64,000 nucleotides of DNA from Candidatus Anaerotignum merdipullorum (GCA_019115165.1 DXEB01000011.1:655-64654), one strand, 5' to 3'; positions 20,301-31,345 are shown, numbered from the stretch's first letter. Notes: generated from the sequence alone by a model not told the origin. Made by a program: numbers and translations.

Positions 20301-21293
20301 GTGGCAACCAGAACCCAGATCTATCGGGAAGTGATGCGGGAATACGACGCGCTGCGGGCAGAAAAAGCGGCACAGATGCGTCAGCGCAGAGAAGCGGTGT
20401 ACCGCAGATTGCCGCGGGTGAAAGAAATTGAGGATGCGTTGGCGATGCTGGGGATTCAGACGGCAAAGCTGGTGCTTGCGAGTCCCGGAGACATTATGGC
20501 AGCAACTGCGAACATGCAGGCAGAGCAAAAAGCGCTGCAAACGGAACGGCAGCAATTGTTGGAGGGCGCAGGTCTGACACCGCAGATGCTGGAGATGGAA
20601 TATGCTTGTTCGGCATGTCAGGACACAGGGTATGTAGGCAATACGCCATGCAATTGCTTAAAACGGCGTATCATGGACAAAATGTATGATCAATCCAATA
20701 TACGCCGCATTGTGCAGGTGGAAAACTTTGATAGTTTTGACCTACGGCTGTATAGTGATCGGGTTTCCAAGAAAGAAGGTATTTCCCCGCGGGAAAATGC
20801 AACCAATATTTTGCGTCAAGGATTGGCGTTTGTAGAGCGTTTTGGGGAAGAGAGTGGAAATTTGCTGTTGTATGGTCCAACCGGTTTGGGAAAAACGTTT
20901 TTGTGCAGCTGCATTGCAAAGGAGCTGCTGGACAAAGGCTATGTGGTGTTATATCTCACGGCGGGACAGTTATTTCGCAAGCTGGAAGAAATCCGGTTTT
21001 CCAAAGAAGAGGATCAGGAGCAGGAGGATTGGGACAAAGAATTGCTGGAAGCGGATCTACTGATCATTGATGACCTGGGGACGGAGTTTTCGACACTGTT
21101 TACGACATCCGAATTATTTCGCCTGCTCAATGATCGGAAATTAAGTGGGAAGTCTGTCATGATTTCCACCAATTTGAATCCGGAAGAGATTACCAATCAG
21201 TATTCTGACCGGATTACATCTCGTTTGCGGGAGTACCGCGTGCTGCAATTTTTTGGAGAAGATATTCGTCTGGTGAAAAAATTTCGGAGGTGA
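20301..21293 (+). CDS. dnaC: DnaC/DnaI-like helicase loader ATPase
   Basis: CSACQDTG...CNC zinc site, GPTGLGKT, LLIIDDLGTE, ISTNL. Confidence 0.88.
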   Translation: MATRTQIYREVMREYDALRAEKAAQMRQRREAVYRRLPRVKEIEDALAMLGIQTAKLVLASPGDIMAATANMQAEQKALQTERQQLLEGAGLTPQMLEMEYACSACQDTGYVGNTPCNCLKRRIMDKMYDQSNIRRIVQVENFDSFDLRLYSDRVSKKEGISPRENATNILRQGLAFVERFGEESGNLLLYGPTGLGKTFLCSCIAKELLDKGYVVLYLTAGQLFRKLEEIRFSKEEDQEQEDWDKELLEADLLIIDDLGTEFSTLFTTSELFRLLNDRKLSGKSVMISTNLNPEEITNQYSDRITSRLREYRVLQFFGEDIRLVKKFRR

Positions 21294-21301
21294 GGGCTGC
21301 A

Positions 21302-21574
21302 ATGGAAGATGAATTGCAGCGGATACCAGGGATTGGTGCAAAGATGGCAGCATATCTGCATGCGCAAGGGATCCATCATATTGCAGACCTGCGGGGAAAG
21401 GATCCGGAGGAAATTTATGCCAAGGACTGTGCGGCAAAAGGAATCCTCGTGGATCGCTGCGCGCTGTATGTTTGGCGGCTGGCAGTCTATTATGCCGAAC
21501 ATAACCAGTGGGAGGAAGAGAAATTGCGGTGGTGGTACTGGAAGGATCATGTGTATCCGGAAGAAACAGAATAG
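21302..21574 (+). CDS. Helix-hairpin-helix Cdd1-family protein
   Basis: LQRIPGIG, GKDPEEIY, DRCALYVWRLAVY, WWYWKD. Confidence 0.8.
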   Translation: MEDELQRIPGIGAKMAAYLHAQGIHHIADLRGKDPEEIYAKDCAAKGILVDRCALYVWRLAVYYAEHNQWEEEKLRWWYWKDHVYPEETE

Positions 21575-21757
21575 AGAAATCATCCGGGAGTTTGTACAGT
21601 CTGATAGGCGCTGAAAAAATGGAAGAAATACAAGGAGCATGTTCAAAGGAGCATGACTCCTTTTTTTGATGGAACACAAAAACGGAAGAGGTACCGATTG
21701 AGGGGAATAACAGATGCTTGCAGGACTATGTGTGTCCATGACTGTGACATGAAAAAA

Positions 21758-21796
21758 TGTCGGAAAAAAATGGGACAAGTCTGCGCTGTTTCGACA
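21758..21796. promoter_or_regulatory. Spo0A boxes upstream of spoIIE
   Basis: TTCGACA (perfect reverse 0A box) at 21790-21796 and TGTCGGA (one mismatch) at 21758-21764. Confidence 0.65.
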
Positions 21797-21844
21797 GAAA
21801 AACCATGTGTCTTTTCGTAAAATGGGGATATGGAGGGAAGACGC

Positions 21845-24247
21845 ATGGAAAAAACAGAAATGTTACTGGATACGGAACAGAAACCGAAGCTGCCGCCGCT
21901 GGGAAAGGTGCTGCGCGCGCCGACGACGCAAAAAAAGACACAATTGATTTCTTGGAGGCAAGTCGGACGCTATGTCGCTATATGGAGCATGGTGTTTTTA
22001 TGGAGCAGAGGAGAAGTCCTTCAGATTCTGCATCCCATGGGAATGGGCGTGTTATCTGTATTTTTTGGCAGCGGAGCAGTCTTTTGGTGCGCATGGAGTG
22101 CGGCGGCATTGGGTGCAATTGGAAGCGGCATCTGGTTGAAGCAGGCAGGGGTGTTGCTGGCTGCTTTGCTATTGCACTTGACGTTAGGCAGATTTGTGAC
22201 ATCGCAAGAAATATGGAAAAAAGCGGCTTTGGGTGCCTTTGCGATGGCGCTGGGCGGCTGCTTCTATGCCGTTGGACAAGGTGGTTTACAGTTTTACTTT
22301 GTTGTGGCAGGCGTAGAGAGCGCATTGGTGATGGGAATCAGCTTGTTACTGCAAAAAGGCGCTGGGGTGTTGTTGTCCTATCGCCGCCAGACGGTTTGGA
22401 GCAGAGAAGAAACGTTGTCGGTATTGTTATTGCTGGGCGGCATGCTGGTGGGGGCGGCGCATATTGGCATACCGATTTTGCAGAACCGGTTATTTCCGTT
22501 TCTAACGGCGTTGTTTTTGTTGGCGGCAGCATGGAGAGAAGGTGTTGGTGGCGGTGCTGCTGCCGGTGTGATGTTGGGATTTTTGCTTTTTATCTGCGAT
22601 GCTGCAGATTTACCGTTATTTGCAGCCTTGAGTTTTGGCGCACTGCTGGCGGGATGTTTGAAAGAAATTGGACGTTGGGCAGCGGCGCTGGGATTTTGGT
22701 TGACAGCGATACTCTTTGAATTCTATATGAATCAGCAGTTTTTGCAGCCCAACTGGTTGATCTGGATGGGAATGGGATCGGCAGTATTTCTACTGCTGCC
22801 GAAAAAAGTGCTGGAAGGCGCCGGTGGATTTTGGCGCTTGGAGCAGTCGAAAGATCGATATACCCGTATGCGAGAGGCGGAAGAAGAGAGACTGAAAGGG
22901 TTTGGTATCGCATTTCATGGTTTGGCAAAAGCTTTTACGCCTACGGAAGCACAGCAGAAGCCGGACATCTCCTGCTTGGTGGATCAGGTGGCGGAACGAG
23001 TATGCCAAAACTGCGGTATGGCGCATTACTGCTGGCAAGAGGAAGTCTATCGGACATACAGCATGACGTTTTCTATGCTGTCTTACTGTGATGGAAAGGG
23101 GCACATTCGCTCTTCCCAGCTTCCGGAATGGTTCCGCGTATTTTGTCCGCGAGAGAAGGAATTTGTAGCTGCACTTTGCGATGTGTATGACGGATACCGG
23201 CATGATTTGATTTGGTCGGGGCGTCTGCAGGAATGCAGAGAACTGGTTGGTCAGCAGCTGGATGCAGTCGGCGATATTTTGGAGGGGCTTACTGGTCAGA
23301 TTGACGGCGGCAGTATATATTTGGAGAGCGCAGAGGAGGCATTGGCACTGGCTTGCCGAAAGGGCGGCATACGGGTACGGCAGGTACAGGTGACAGAAGA
23401 AAAAGGCGGTCGAGGGAAGCGGGCGACATTGACCGTGAAAGCATGCCATGGACAGGGTATTTGTCGGGAAAAAATCCTGCCGATTGTGAAAAAGACGCTG
23501 GGGAGAGCGATGGTACAGTTAGATGCGGACATTTGTCATGTTTCAGCAGATGGCTGTATGTTGACGTTTGTGGAAGAACCTGCGTTTGTGCTGACAGCTG
23601 CCACTGCCTTTGCGGCAGGAGAAACGGGGAATTTGTGCGGAGATGCGTCTTCGTTTTTGGAGAGCGAACGCGGCATGGCACTGATGGCAGTATCTGACGG
23701 CATGGGAACCGGAGAGCGGGCAGCAGCAGAGAGTAAGGCAGCGATTGAACTGTTGGAGCAGTTTTCAGCGGTGGGATTTGAACGAGAAATGGCGGTTCAG
23801 CTGATCAATTCCGCTTTGCTTTTGCGGAGGACAGAAGAGAACTATGCCACGCTGGATATTTGCAGTGTAGATTTGTATGATGGACAGGCAGAATTCATCA
23901 AGTTGGGGGCGGTAGCTTCTTTTATCTGCCGCCAGAATCGCGTCATTTCTGTGTATACCCATTCTCTGCCGGCAGGAATTCTGCGGCAGATTCAAGTGGA
24001 GAAAAACGATATGCGGCTCAAAGATGGAGATATGCTGTTAATGATGACCGATGGCGTGACCGATGCATTTGGCGGCGAGCGAAAGATGGCAGTATGGCTG
24101 GAAGAAACTTTTTTGCCGCAGATGTTTGTCAATCCCAAGGATGCTGCGGATTTTATTTTGCAGCAGGCGCAGAAAATATGCAGCGGCGAACGGGATGACA
24201 TGACAGTACAGGCTGCTCGTTTTTGGCGCAGAGCAGGAATGCGTTAA
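21845..24247 (+). CDS. spoIIE: Stage II sporulation protein E (PP2C phosphatase)
   Basis: N-terminal TM helices, CxxC-x5-CW motif, SDGMGTG, ATLD, MTDGV, DDMTV; synteny with tilS-hpt-ftsH. Confidence 0.92.
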   Translation: MEKTEMLLDTEQKPKLPPLGKVLRAPTTQKKTQLISWRQVGRYVAIWSMVFLWSRGEVLQILHPMGMGVLSVFFGSGAVFWCAWSAAALGAIGSGIWLKQAGVLLAALLLHLTLGRFVTSQEIWKKAALGAFAMALGGCFYAVGQGGLQFYFVVAGVESALVMGISLLLQKGAGVLLSYRRQTVWSREETLSVLLLLGGMLVGAAHIGIPILQNRLFPFLTALFLLAAAWREGVGGGAAAGVMLGFLLFICDAADLPLFAALSFGALLAGCLKEIGRWAAALGFWLTAILFEFYMNQQFLQPNWLIWMGMGSAVFLLLPKKVLEGAGGFWRLEQSKDRYTRMREAEEERLKGFGIAFHGLAKAFTPTEAQQKPDISCLVDQVAERVCQNCGMAHYCWQEEVYRTYSMTFSMLSYCDGKGHIRSSQLPEWFRVFCPREKEFVAALCDVYDGYRHDLIWSGRLQECRELVGQQLDAVGDILEGLTGQIDGGSIYLESAEEALALACRKGGIRVRQVQVTEEKGGRGKRATLTVKACHGQGICREKILPIVKKTLGRAMVQLDADICHVSADGCMLTFVEEPAFVLTAATAFAAGETGNLCGDASSFLESERGMALMAVSDGMGTGERAAAESKAAIELLEQFSAVGFEREMAVQLINSALLLRRTEENYATLDICSVDLYDGQAEFIKLGAVASFICRQNRVISVYTHSLPAGILRQIQVEKNDMRLKDGDMLLMMTDGVTDAFGGERKMAVWLEETFLPQMFVNPKDAADFILQQAQKICSGERDDMTVQAARFWRRAGMR

Positions 24248-24449
24248 AGAATAGAATACAGTGAAGGTTTTACAGGGATGTTTTCTTGGTGAGGGAAAGA
24301 AAAACAGTATAAAAAACAGAACAGTGCTGTGGAAACAGTATGGTTCTGTTTTTTTGTTAGAAGAAGCAAAAGGTTTGTGTACCGGTTGACGGAAATGGGA
24401 TTTTTGTGTAAAGTCTTGGATAGAGAATCCACAAGAAGGGAGGAACAAT

Positions 24450-25814
24450 ATGCTGGAGAAAGTGCGCAGAACCATTGCGCAATATCAAATGTGCGCCAGA
24501 GGAGATACCATTGTCATCGGTTTGTCCGGTGGGGCGGATTCCGTTGCACTGCTGCATGTGATGCATACGCTGGCAAAAGAGGGGGGATGGCGTCTGCAGG
24601 CGGTACATGTGCATCATGGGCTGCGCGCAGTGGAGGCGGATGTGGATGCATCGTTTTCTGCAGAAATGGCACGGCGCATGGAAATTCCTTGTCAAGTGGT
24701 TTTTGTGGATGTGGCAGCAGAAGCAAAGCGAAGGAATATGGGTACGGAAGAAGCTGGGCGGCTGCTGCGCTATCGGGCGTTGGAGCAGGCAGCCGGTTCT
24801 GATGGGAAAATTGCCGTAGCGCACCATGCCAATGACCAGGCGGAAACGCTGCTGATGCATCTATGCCGTGGAAGCGGCATGCAGGGCTTGGCGGGAATGG
24901 CTCCGGTGCGCGGTAATCTCCTGCGACCATTATTGTTTTGCAGCCGACAGGAGATCGAAGCGTATTGTTTGGCACAGGGGTTGTCATATTGTCTGGACAG
25001 CACCAACCAAGATATGGGATATACCAGAAATCGCATCCGCCATCAGGTGCTGCCGCTGTTGGAAGAGATTTACCACGGCAGCAGTGCGCATCTAGCGGAA
25101 ACAGCAGAATTATTGGCAGTGGAACATGATTTGCTTCAGCAGTTGGCGGCGGAGGCGTTTGAGAAGGCAAAGCAGGCAGGTGCGCAGACGGCGTTGTCCT
25201 GCCCAGCATTGATGAGGATGCATACGGCGCTGCGGCGACGTGTGTTGCGGATGGCAGTAGAAGAAGTTTTGGGAAATACGGATCAGATGAGTCGTGCACA
25301 TTTGCGCGCGGTAGAAGGGTTGTTGGAAAAGCAAAGCGGCAGCAGTGTACAAATTACGAAAGGAATGACAGTACGGCGGCAATACGATTGGTTATTGTTC
25401 CAAAAACAGAAAAAACAAACGACCGTATATGCGTATCCATTGCCTATCGGAACAGAAGTTTTGGTCAAAGAAGCGGGAATTCGGATACAGACGGGAATTT
25501 TTACGGAAAAAAACGCGGAATTTATCCTGGATGACTGTACGAAGTTATTGGATTATGATACAATAACACAAGCCTTGTGTTGCAGAACCCGGCGAGCAGG
25601 AGACCGGATTCGGCTTCCGGGCGGTACAAAAAAATTAAAAGCGTTTCTGATAGATGAAAAGATTCCGGCAGACAGACGAGCAGAGATGCCGTTGATTGCC
25701 TGCGGGGAGGAAATTGTCTGGATATACGGCGGCAGAGTATCGGAGAAATTTTTGCCAAGTGCTGCAACAACGACATATGTATGGATTCGGATTACGGAGG
25801 AGTCATCAACATGA
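24450..25814 (+). CDS. tilS: tRNA(Ile)-lysidine synthetase
   Basis: SGGADS, AHHANDQAET, RPLL, YTRNRIRH. Confidence 0.95.
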   Translation: MLEKVRRTIAQYQMCARGDTIVIGLSGGADSVALLHVMHTLAKEGGWRLQAVHVHHGLRAVEADVDASFSAEMARRMEIPCQVVFVDVAAEAKRRNMGTEEAGRLLRYRALEQAAGSDGKIAVAHHANDQAETLLMHLCRGSGMQGLAGMAPVRGNLLRPLLFCSRQEIEAYCLAQGLSYCLDSTNQDMGYTRNRIRHQVLPLLEEIYHGSSAHLAETAELLAVEHDLLQQLAAEAFEKAKQAGAQTALSCPALMRMHTALRRRVLRMAVEEVLGNTDQMSRAHLRAVEGLLEKQSGSSVQITKGMTVRRQYDWLLFQKQKKQTTVYAYPLPIGTEVLVKEAGIRIQTGIFTEKNAEFILDDCTKLLDYDTITQALCCRTRRAGDRIRLPGGTKKLKAFLIDEKIPADRRAEMPLIACGEEIVWIYGGRVSEKFLPSAATTTYVWIRITEESST

Positions 25815-26341
25815 AAGAAAGAGTAGAAGTTATGATCTCATCGGAGGAGATCTCCAAGCGTCTGGAAGAGATTGCAAAACAGGTACAGGAAGATTTCCAT
25901 GGAGAGCAGATTGAGCTGGTCTGCGTGCTCAAAGGCGGCGTTGTCACAATGGTAGAGCTGGCGAAGAAGCTGCGTATGCCGGTGACGATGAATTTTATGG
26001 ATGTTTCCAGTTATGGAGATGGGACGGAAAGCAGCGGGCATATTAAAATCCTGCGGGATTTGGATGAAGATATTACCGGTAAGAATGTGTTGTTGGTAGA
26101 GGATATCATTGACAGCGGCAGAACACTGGGATTGCTGCGTACTCTTTTGATTCAGAGAAACCCCAAGCTGTTCAAAATTTGTACTTTGCTGGATAAACCG
26201 GATCGCCGAGTGACTCAGGTACCGGTGGACTATGTGGGATTTACCATTCCGGATGCTTTTGTGGTAGGCTATGGCTTGGATTATGCGCAAAAGTACAGAA
26301 ATTTGGATTATGTGGGCGTTGTGCATTTTGAAGAGGAATAA
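25811..26341 (+). CDS. hpt: Hypoxanthine phosphoribosyltransferase
   Basis: VLLVEDIIDSGRTL, FVVGYGLDY. Confidence 0.96.
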   Translation: MKERVEVMISSEEISKRLEEIAKQVQEDFHGEQIELVCVLKGGVVTMVELAKKLRMPVTMNFMDVSSYGDGTESSGHIKILRDLDEDITGKNVLLVEDIIDSGRTLGLLRTLLIQRNPKLFKICTLLDKPDRRVTQVPVDYVGFTIPDAFVVGYGLDYAQKYRNLDYVGVVHFEEE

Positions 26342-26622
26342 ACGAAGGATTCACACAGCGGCGGTTTTGTATCGAATACGAAACGCCGCCGTATTTTTAT
26401 GAGAAAAATGGTACGATCTGGAAATTTCTCATGAGATTTTAATCTAGTGTGAGAGACGGTTTTTTCGGAGAAAAAGCTGTTTTTTTCGGAAAATTTTCAC
26501 ATTTTCTTTCCAGAAAGGAAGATTGCCTTTTTGGATAAGGTGTGTTAAAATTATAAATTGATATGCCGTGTCTTTTTATGGATACGGAGAAAAAAGTATA
26601 TTAGACTATAGGGGGGAATCTC

Positions 26623-28542
26623 TTGAGAAAATATTGGCAGTCGGCAGGCTTATATCTGCTGATCTTTGTAATCATTTTGGCGGTACTGGCATTCAGCGGC
26701 AGAGGAATGGTTCCGTCAGAGCAGGATGTGAAAACGTATACGTACAGCGATTTGCTGCGAGAGTTGGAACAGGATACGGTGAAGTCCGTCGAGATTACAC
26801 GCAGCAAAGAAGTCAGCGATTATGCACAAGTGACGGCAACACTGGACGATGGTACCGTGATTACGGCAAACGCCCCCAGTGCAGAAGCCTTCACAGCTTT
26901 GGTCAATGCGATGCCGGCACAAGGAAGCGATATTGAGATCATCACGCCGGATGTGCCTAAGGAAAGTGTGCTTTCTGCAATGCTGCCTTCGCTGATCATT
27001 ATGATTGTCATGGTTATTCTGTTTATGGTGATGTTTGGCAGAATGCAGGGCGGCGGCGGAAAAATGGCTTCCTTTGGCAAAAGTAAGGCAAAAATGAATC
27101 TGGATGATAAAAACAAAGTGACTTTTGATAATGTGGCAGGCTGCGATGAAGAAAAGGCAGAACTGGAGGAATTGGTACAATTTTTGAAAAATCCGAAGAA
27201 ATTTACGGATTTGGGAGCAAGAATTCCCAAAGGCGTATTGTTAGTGGGACCCCCGGGGACTGGTAAAACACTGCTTGCTAAGGCGGTAGCTGGAGAAGCA
27301 GGCGTACCGTTTTTCTCCATATCTGGTTCAGACTTTGTGGAAATGTTTGTCGGTGTGGGGGCATCCCGTGTCCGCGACTTGTTTGATCAGGCGAAGAAAA
27401 ATGCACCCAGTATTGTGTTTATTGACGAAATTGACGCAGTGGGCAGACGCAGAGGCGCAGGGCTGGGCGGCGGTCACGATGAAAGAGAACAGACGCTGAA
27501 CCAATTACTGGTAGAGATGGACGGATTCGGCATCAATGAAAGTGTGATTATTATCGCAGCAACCAACCGTGCAGATATCTTGGACCCTGCGTTATTAAGA
27601 CCGGGACGGTTTGACAGACAAGTATATGTCGGCAGACCGGATGTAAAAGGCAGAGAAGCCATCCTGCGGGTGCATGCCAAGGGCAAGCCGATGGCACCAG
27701 AAGTGGATTTGAAAGTAGTAGCACAGACGACTGCTGGATTTACTGGAGCGGATTTGGCAAACCTGCTCAATGAAGCAGCGCTGTTGTCCGCAAGAGAAGG
27801 AAAGAAAGCCATTGATATGGAATCTTTGCAAAAAGCATTGATTAAAATCGGTGTGGGAACAGAGAAGAAAACCAGAGTGATCTCGGATAAGGAAAAATAT
27901 ATTACGGCGTATCACGAAAGCGGGCATGCTATTTTGTTTGAAGTACTCAGTGAACTGGATCCAGTGCACAGCATTTCCATTATCCCTACTGGTATGGCAG
28001 GCGGGTATACCATGCCGTTGCCCGGAGAGGATAAGATGTATATGACCAAATTGTATATGGAACAGGAAATTATCAGTCTGTTAGGCGGACGCGCGGCGGA
28101 AGCGCTGGTGATCAAAGATATTACCACGGGCGCTTCCAATGACATTGAGCGTGCAACGGCGATGGCAAGAGGGATGGTAACTCGTTACGGCATGAGTGAT
28201 ATTCTGGGTCCGATTCAGTTTGGTGAGGACAGCAATGAAGTCTTTATCGGCAGAGATTGGGGGCATACCCGTAATTATGGCGAAGCGGTGGCAACGACTA
28301 TTGACGAGGAAGTGAAACGGATTGTCATGGGCGCGTACAACGAGGCGATCCGCTTATTGCAGGAGAATATGGAAGTGTTGCATGCTTCTGCAAAATTGTT
28401 GGTGGAGAAGGAGAAAGTAACTGGAGAAGAATTCCGAAAACTGTTTGATGCAGAGGTACGGGCGGACATTTTGGGCTTGTCTGCACCGGAAGGATCGGAG
28501 CATACTGCTGCGGCAGAAGTAGATACAACGACACAAGATTAA
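26623..28542 (+). CDS. ftsH: ATP-dependent zinc metalloprotease FtsH
   Basis: Two TM segments, [18 protein letters not shown]; TTG start. Confidence 0.97.
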   Translation: MRKYWQSAGLYLLIFVIILAVLAFSGRGMVPSEQDVKTYTYSDLLRELEQDTVKSVEITRSKEVSDYAQVTATLDDGTVITANAPSAEAFTALVNAMPAQGSDIEIITPDVPKESVLSAMLPSLIIMIVMVILFMVMFGRMQGGGGKMASFGKSKAKMNLDDKNKVTFDNVAGCDEEKAELEELVQFLKNPKKFTDLGARIPKGVLLVGPPGTGKTLLAKAVAGEAGVPFFSISGSDFVEMFVGVGASRVRDLFDQAKKNAPSIVFIDEIDAVGRRRGAGLGGGHDEREQTLNQLLVEMDGFGINESVIIIAATNRADILDPALLRPGRFDRQVYVGRPDVKGREAILRVHAKGKPMAPEVDLKVVAQTTAGFTGADLANLLNEAALLSAREGKKAIDMESLQKALIKIGVGTEKKTRVISDKEKYITAYHESGHAILFEVLSELDPVHSISIIPTGMAGGYTMPLPGEDKMYMTKLYMEQEIISLLGGRAAEALVIKDITTGASNDIERATAMARGMVTRYGMSDILGPIQFGEDSNEVFIGRDWGHTRNYGEAVATTIDEEVKRIVMGAYNEAIRLLQENMEVLHASAKLLVEKEKVTGEEFRKLFDAEVRADILGLSAPEGSEHTAAAEVDTTTQD

Positions 28543-28560
28543 GAAAGGGGATTATTTGAA

Positions 28561-28962
28561 ATGGATTTTAACAACATTGTACCCGGCATGACGTTTGAAA
28601 GAGAATATATTGTGGAAGAAGGCGATACAGCGGCGCATTTTGGAAATGACCGCGTGCCTGTGCTGGCAACACCCAGACTGTTGTCTTGGATCGAAGGGAC
28701 TTCCATCGGTACGGTTGCACCGTTTTTGCCGGAAGGATGGGAAACAGTAGGTACAACGTTTGATTTCCAGCATCTGGCGGCAACGCCGATTGGCATGAAG
28801 GTGCGTGTGGTTGCAGAAGTAACGGAAGTCAATGGGAAACTGCTGACCTATCATATCAAAGCATATGATGAAGTAGATAAAATCTGTGAAGGCACCCATG
28901 GACGCGCAATCATTGATTTGAAAAAATTCTTGGGACGCGTAAACACAAAAGGAAAAGCATAA
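28561..28962 (+). CDS. Hot-dog fold thioesterase (FlK-like)
   Basis: VLATPRLLSWIE, TVGT...HLAATPIG, GTHGRAII. Confidence 0.85.
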   Translation: MDFNNIVPGMTFEREYIVEEGDTAAHFGNDRVPVLATPRLLSWIEGTSIGTVAPFLPEGWETVGTTFDFQHLAATPIGMKVRVVAEVTEVNGKLLTYHIKAYDEVDKICEGTHGRAIIDLKKFLGRVNTKGKA

Positions 28963-29010
28963 TTCGAAACGAAAAAGGCGTCGCAGAAGCATTCGTATCA
29001 GAAAAAACAA

Positions 29011-29058
29011 CAACCAAGAGAGTTCCGTAAGTGCCGGTATTCTCTTGGTTGCTTTTCT
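29011..29058 (+). terminator. Long hairpin, probable terminator
   Basis: caaccaagaga...tctcttggttg followed by cttttct. Confidence 0.65.
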
Positions 29059-29120
29059 ATCGGATTTTTTGGAGCGAAGCAAGGGGGCGTCTTTTGTCTG
29101 GAAAGGCAGGCGAAAGGGCA

Positions 29121-30089
29121 ATGTATCGCATATTGGAATTGCTGCGGCAAACGGATGCGTTTGTGTCGGGAGAAGAAATCGGCAGACAGCTTTCCGTTTC
29201 ACGAGCTGCGGTTTGGAAAGGAATTCGCAAACTGCGGCAAGAAGGATATGAGATTGAAGCAGTAACCAATCGGGGATATCGTTTGATTAGTCCGGAAACC
29301 ATGTATAACCGGCAGGAGCTGGAAACAGGGATGAAAACCAGATATATGGGACATCCGATCTATTTTTATGCGGAAACGGATTCTACCAATAACCGAATCA
29401 GACAGCTGGCGGTAGAAGGCGCCGCAGAGGGGACGCTTGCTGTGGCGGAGGTACAAACCATGGGACGCGGGAGACGTGGGAAGCAATGGAGCTCTCCCGT
29501 CGGCTCAGGCGCATGGTTCAGTCTCTTGTTGCGTCCGGATATTCCGCCGGCAGAAGCATCTGTTTTGACATTATTGGGTGGATTGGCGGTCTGTCGTGCG
29601 CTGGAGGATATCAGCGGTATGCAGCCAGTGATCAAATGGCCGAATGATATTTTATTAAACGGGAAAAAGCTGGTAGGGATTTTGACGGAAATGGACTGTG
29701 AAATGAGTCAGGTGCATTTTGTGGTGCTGGGAATTGGGATCAATGTCAATACCAAAGCATTTCCGCCGGAGTTGGAAGAAGTGGCGACTTCTTTGTTTTT
29801 GGAAAGTGGCAAGACGTTTTCCAGAAAATTAGTTGTGCAGAAAACCATGGAGCGCCTGGAAGAGTATTATGATATCTTTCTTGCAGCAGGTGGGTTTGCG
29901 CCGTTGTTGGACGAGTATCGCAGACGGTGCGTCACATTGGGCAGGGAAGTGACGGTGCTGGAAGAGAAATCGTTTTTGGCAACGGCGCTGGATGTCACGC
30001 CGGAAGGAGAGTTGTTGGTACGGCGCAGTGACACAGGCGAAGAAATGGTGATATATTCCGGAGAGGTATCCATACGAGGAGGTGTATGA
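29121..30089 (+). CDS. birA: Bifunctional biotin ligase/repressor
   Basis: N-terminal HTH (SRAAVWK), QTMGRGRRG, KWPND, KLVGIL. Confidence 0.95.
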   Translation: MYRILELLRQTDAFVSGEEIGRQLSVSRAAVWKGIRKLRQEGYEIEAVTNRGYRLISPETMYNRQELETGMKTRYMGHPIYFYAETDSTNNRIRQLAVEGAAEGTLAVAEVQTMGRGRRGKQWSSPVGSGAWFSLLLRPDIPPAEASVLTLLGGLAVCRALEDISGMQPVIKWPNDILLNGKKLVGILTEMDCEMSQVHFVVLGIGINVNTKAFPPELEEVATSLFLESGKTFSRKLVVQKTMERLEEYYDIFLAAGGFAPLLDEYRRRCVTLGREVTVLEEKSFLATALDVTPEGELLVRRSDTGEEMVIYSGEVSIRGGV

Positions 30090-30463
30090 TGGAGCGAAAA
30101 GTATTGGCGGCGGCAAGTTGTGCAGAGCAGAAATATTTTTTGGAACAGGAATTTGAAGCGCTGCCAGAAAGTATACAAGAGGAAGTACGCGTGATTTGTG
30201 TGGTGATGGCGCAGAAATTAAGATGCACGTTCTTGATGGGATTTACAGAGGCAGGAAAGCTGTATTTTGAAACAGTCAGACAAGAGGACGATTTCGATTT
30301 CGATGAGATTGGCGCGGAGTTGGAAATCAAACGAATCCAGCGGGAAAAAAAGGAATTACTGAAAGCGTTGGAATTGTGGTATGCTGTTTACTTTACAGAA
30401 GATGGCGAGCGAATCAAGGCGGAATTACTGAAAAAAGCGGAAGAATCAGATGCTGTCTCCTAA
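30086..30463 (+). CDS. DUF6145-like protein
   Basis: QKYFL...LPESIQEE...FDEIGAELEIK pattern. Confidence 0.7.
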   Translation: MMERKVLAAASCAEQKYFLEQEFEALPESIQEEVRVICVVMAQKLRCTFLMGFTEAGKLYFETVRQEDDFDFDEIGAELEIKRIQREKKELLKALELWYAVYFTEDGERIKAELLKKAEESDAVS

Positions 30464-30500
30464 GTTTGTAAAAAAAATAACGAAAATTACGAAAAAAATA

Positions 30501-30528
30501 TTGCAAACCGTTCATTTGCTGTTATAAT
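30501..30528 (+). promoter_or_regulatory. Sigma-A promoter of panT
   Basis: TTGCAA-N16 and extended TGnTATAAT. Confidence 0.7.
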
Positions 30529-30679
30529 GAATGTGGTTGCGCAAAACAACGGAAAATCGGGCGAAAGATGTCATGCGGTGTGTCTGCAGATATACTGGAG
30601 TCTGCCAAGGGCTGCGCGCCATATCATATCCATATCATCTTATATCACAAAAGAGTGAGAATGAAAGGAGCAAACGAAT

Positions 30680-31330
30680 ATGAGTGAGACAGCAGTAAAC
30701 ACAAAAGTGGCGAAGGCGAAAAAAATGTCAGTGGGAGAACTGACGACCATCGGATTGATGACGGGGATATTGTTAGTCATGTCCTTTACACCACTGGGAT
30801 ATTTCCATACGTTCGGACTGGATATTTCCTTGATGATGATTCCGGTGGCAATTGGTGCGATGGTGATTGGACCCAAAGCAGGTATGTGGCTGGGATTGAT
30901 TTTTGGCGCCACCAGTTTTTATCAGGCAATGACAGGAACATCCTGGTTTAGTGCGACATTGTTTAACATCAATCCGTTCTTCACCTTTTTGGTGTGTATT
31001 CCTACTAGAATGCTGATGGGGTATTTGGTAGGCGTACTGTTCGGATTGATCCGTAAAGTGGATCGTTCCCGTACCGTATGTTATTTTGCGGGCGGATTTT
31101 TGGCGGCATTTTTGAACACGGTGTTTTTCATGGGAACATTGCTGCTGTGTTTTTGGCATACAGAATTTATTCAAGGGATCAATGAAGGCTTGGGCGGTTT
31201 GAATCCGCTGTTGTTTGTGGGTGCATTTGTCGGCGTCAATGGTTTATTGGAGATGCCTGCAAGCTGTATTGTCGGCGGAATCGTATCCAAGGCGTTAGAT
31301 AAGGCTTTTTATAAAAAACGTGTATCATGA
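30680..31330 (+). CDS. panT: ECF transporter S component, pantothenate (PanT-like)
   Basis: FTPLGY, IPVAIGA, FGATSF, PTR, NTVFFMG; directly upstream of coaX genes. Confidence 0.8.
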   Translation: MSETAVNTKVAKAKKMSVGELTTIGLMTGILLVMSFTPLGYFHTFGLDISLMMIPVAIGAMVIGPKAGMWLGLIFGATSFYQAMTGTSWFSATLFNINPFFTFLVCIPTRMLMGYLVGVLFGLIRKVDRSRTVCYFAGGFLAAFLNTVFFMGTLLLCFWHTEFIQGINEGLGGLNPLLFVGAFVGVNGLLEMPASCIVGGIVSKALDKAFYKKRVS

Positions 31331-31345
31331 CATGGACGGAGAAAC

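Noticed and set aside
20301-21293. IstB-like ATPase of an IS21 element
   Set aside because: No istA or terminal repeats; it follows a DnaD gene, as expected for the chromosomal helicase loader.
21302-21574. Cdd1 family as a sign of a pathogenicity locus
   Set aside because: The family name is historical and no toxin genes are nearby.
15729-25299. Long alternative-frame ORFs (15729-16652 -, 21757-22719 +, 24514-25299 -)
   Set aside because: They overlap well-supported genes, have no recognisable motifs and are best read as shadow frames.
28975-29058. A second copy of the panT-leader motif upstream of birA (GGCG...GTGCC in a loop)
   Set aside because: Only 4-5 nt of similarity; a plain terminator hairpin explains the sequence.
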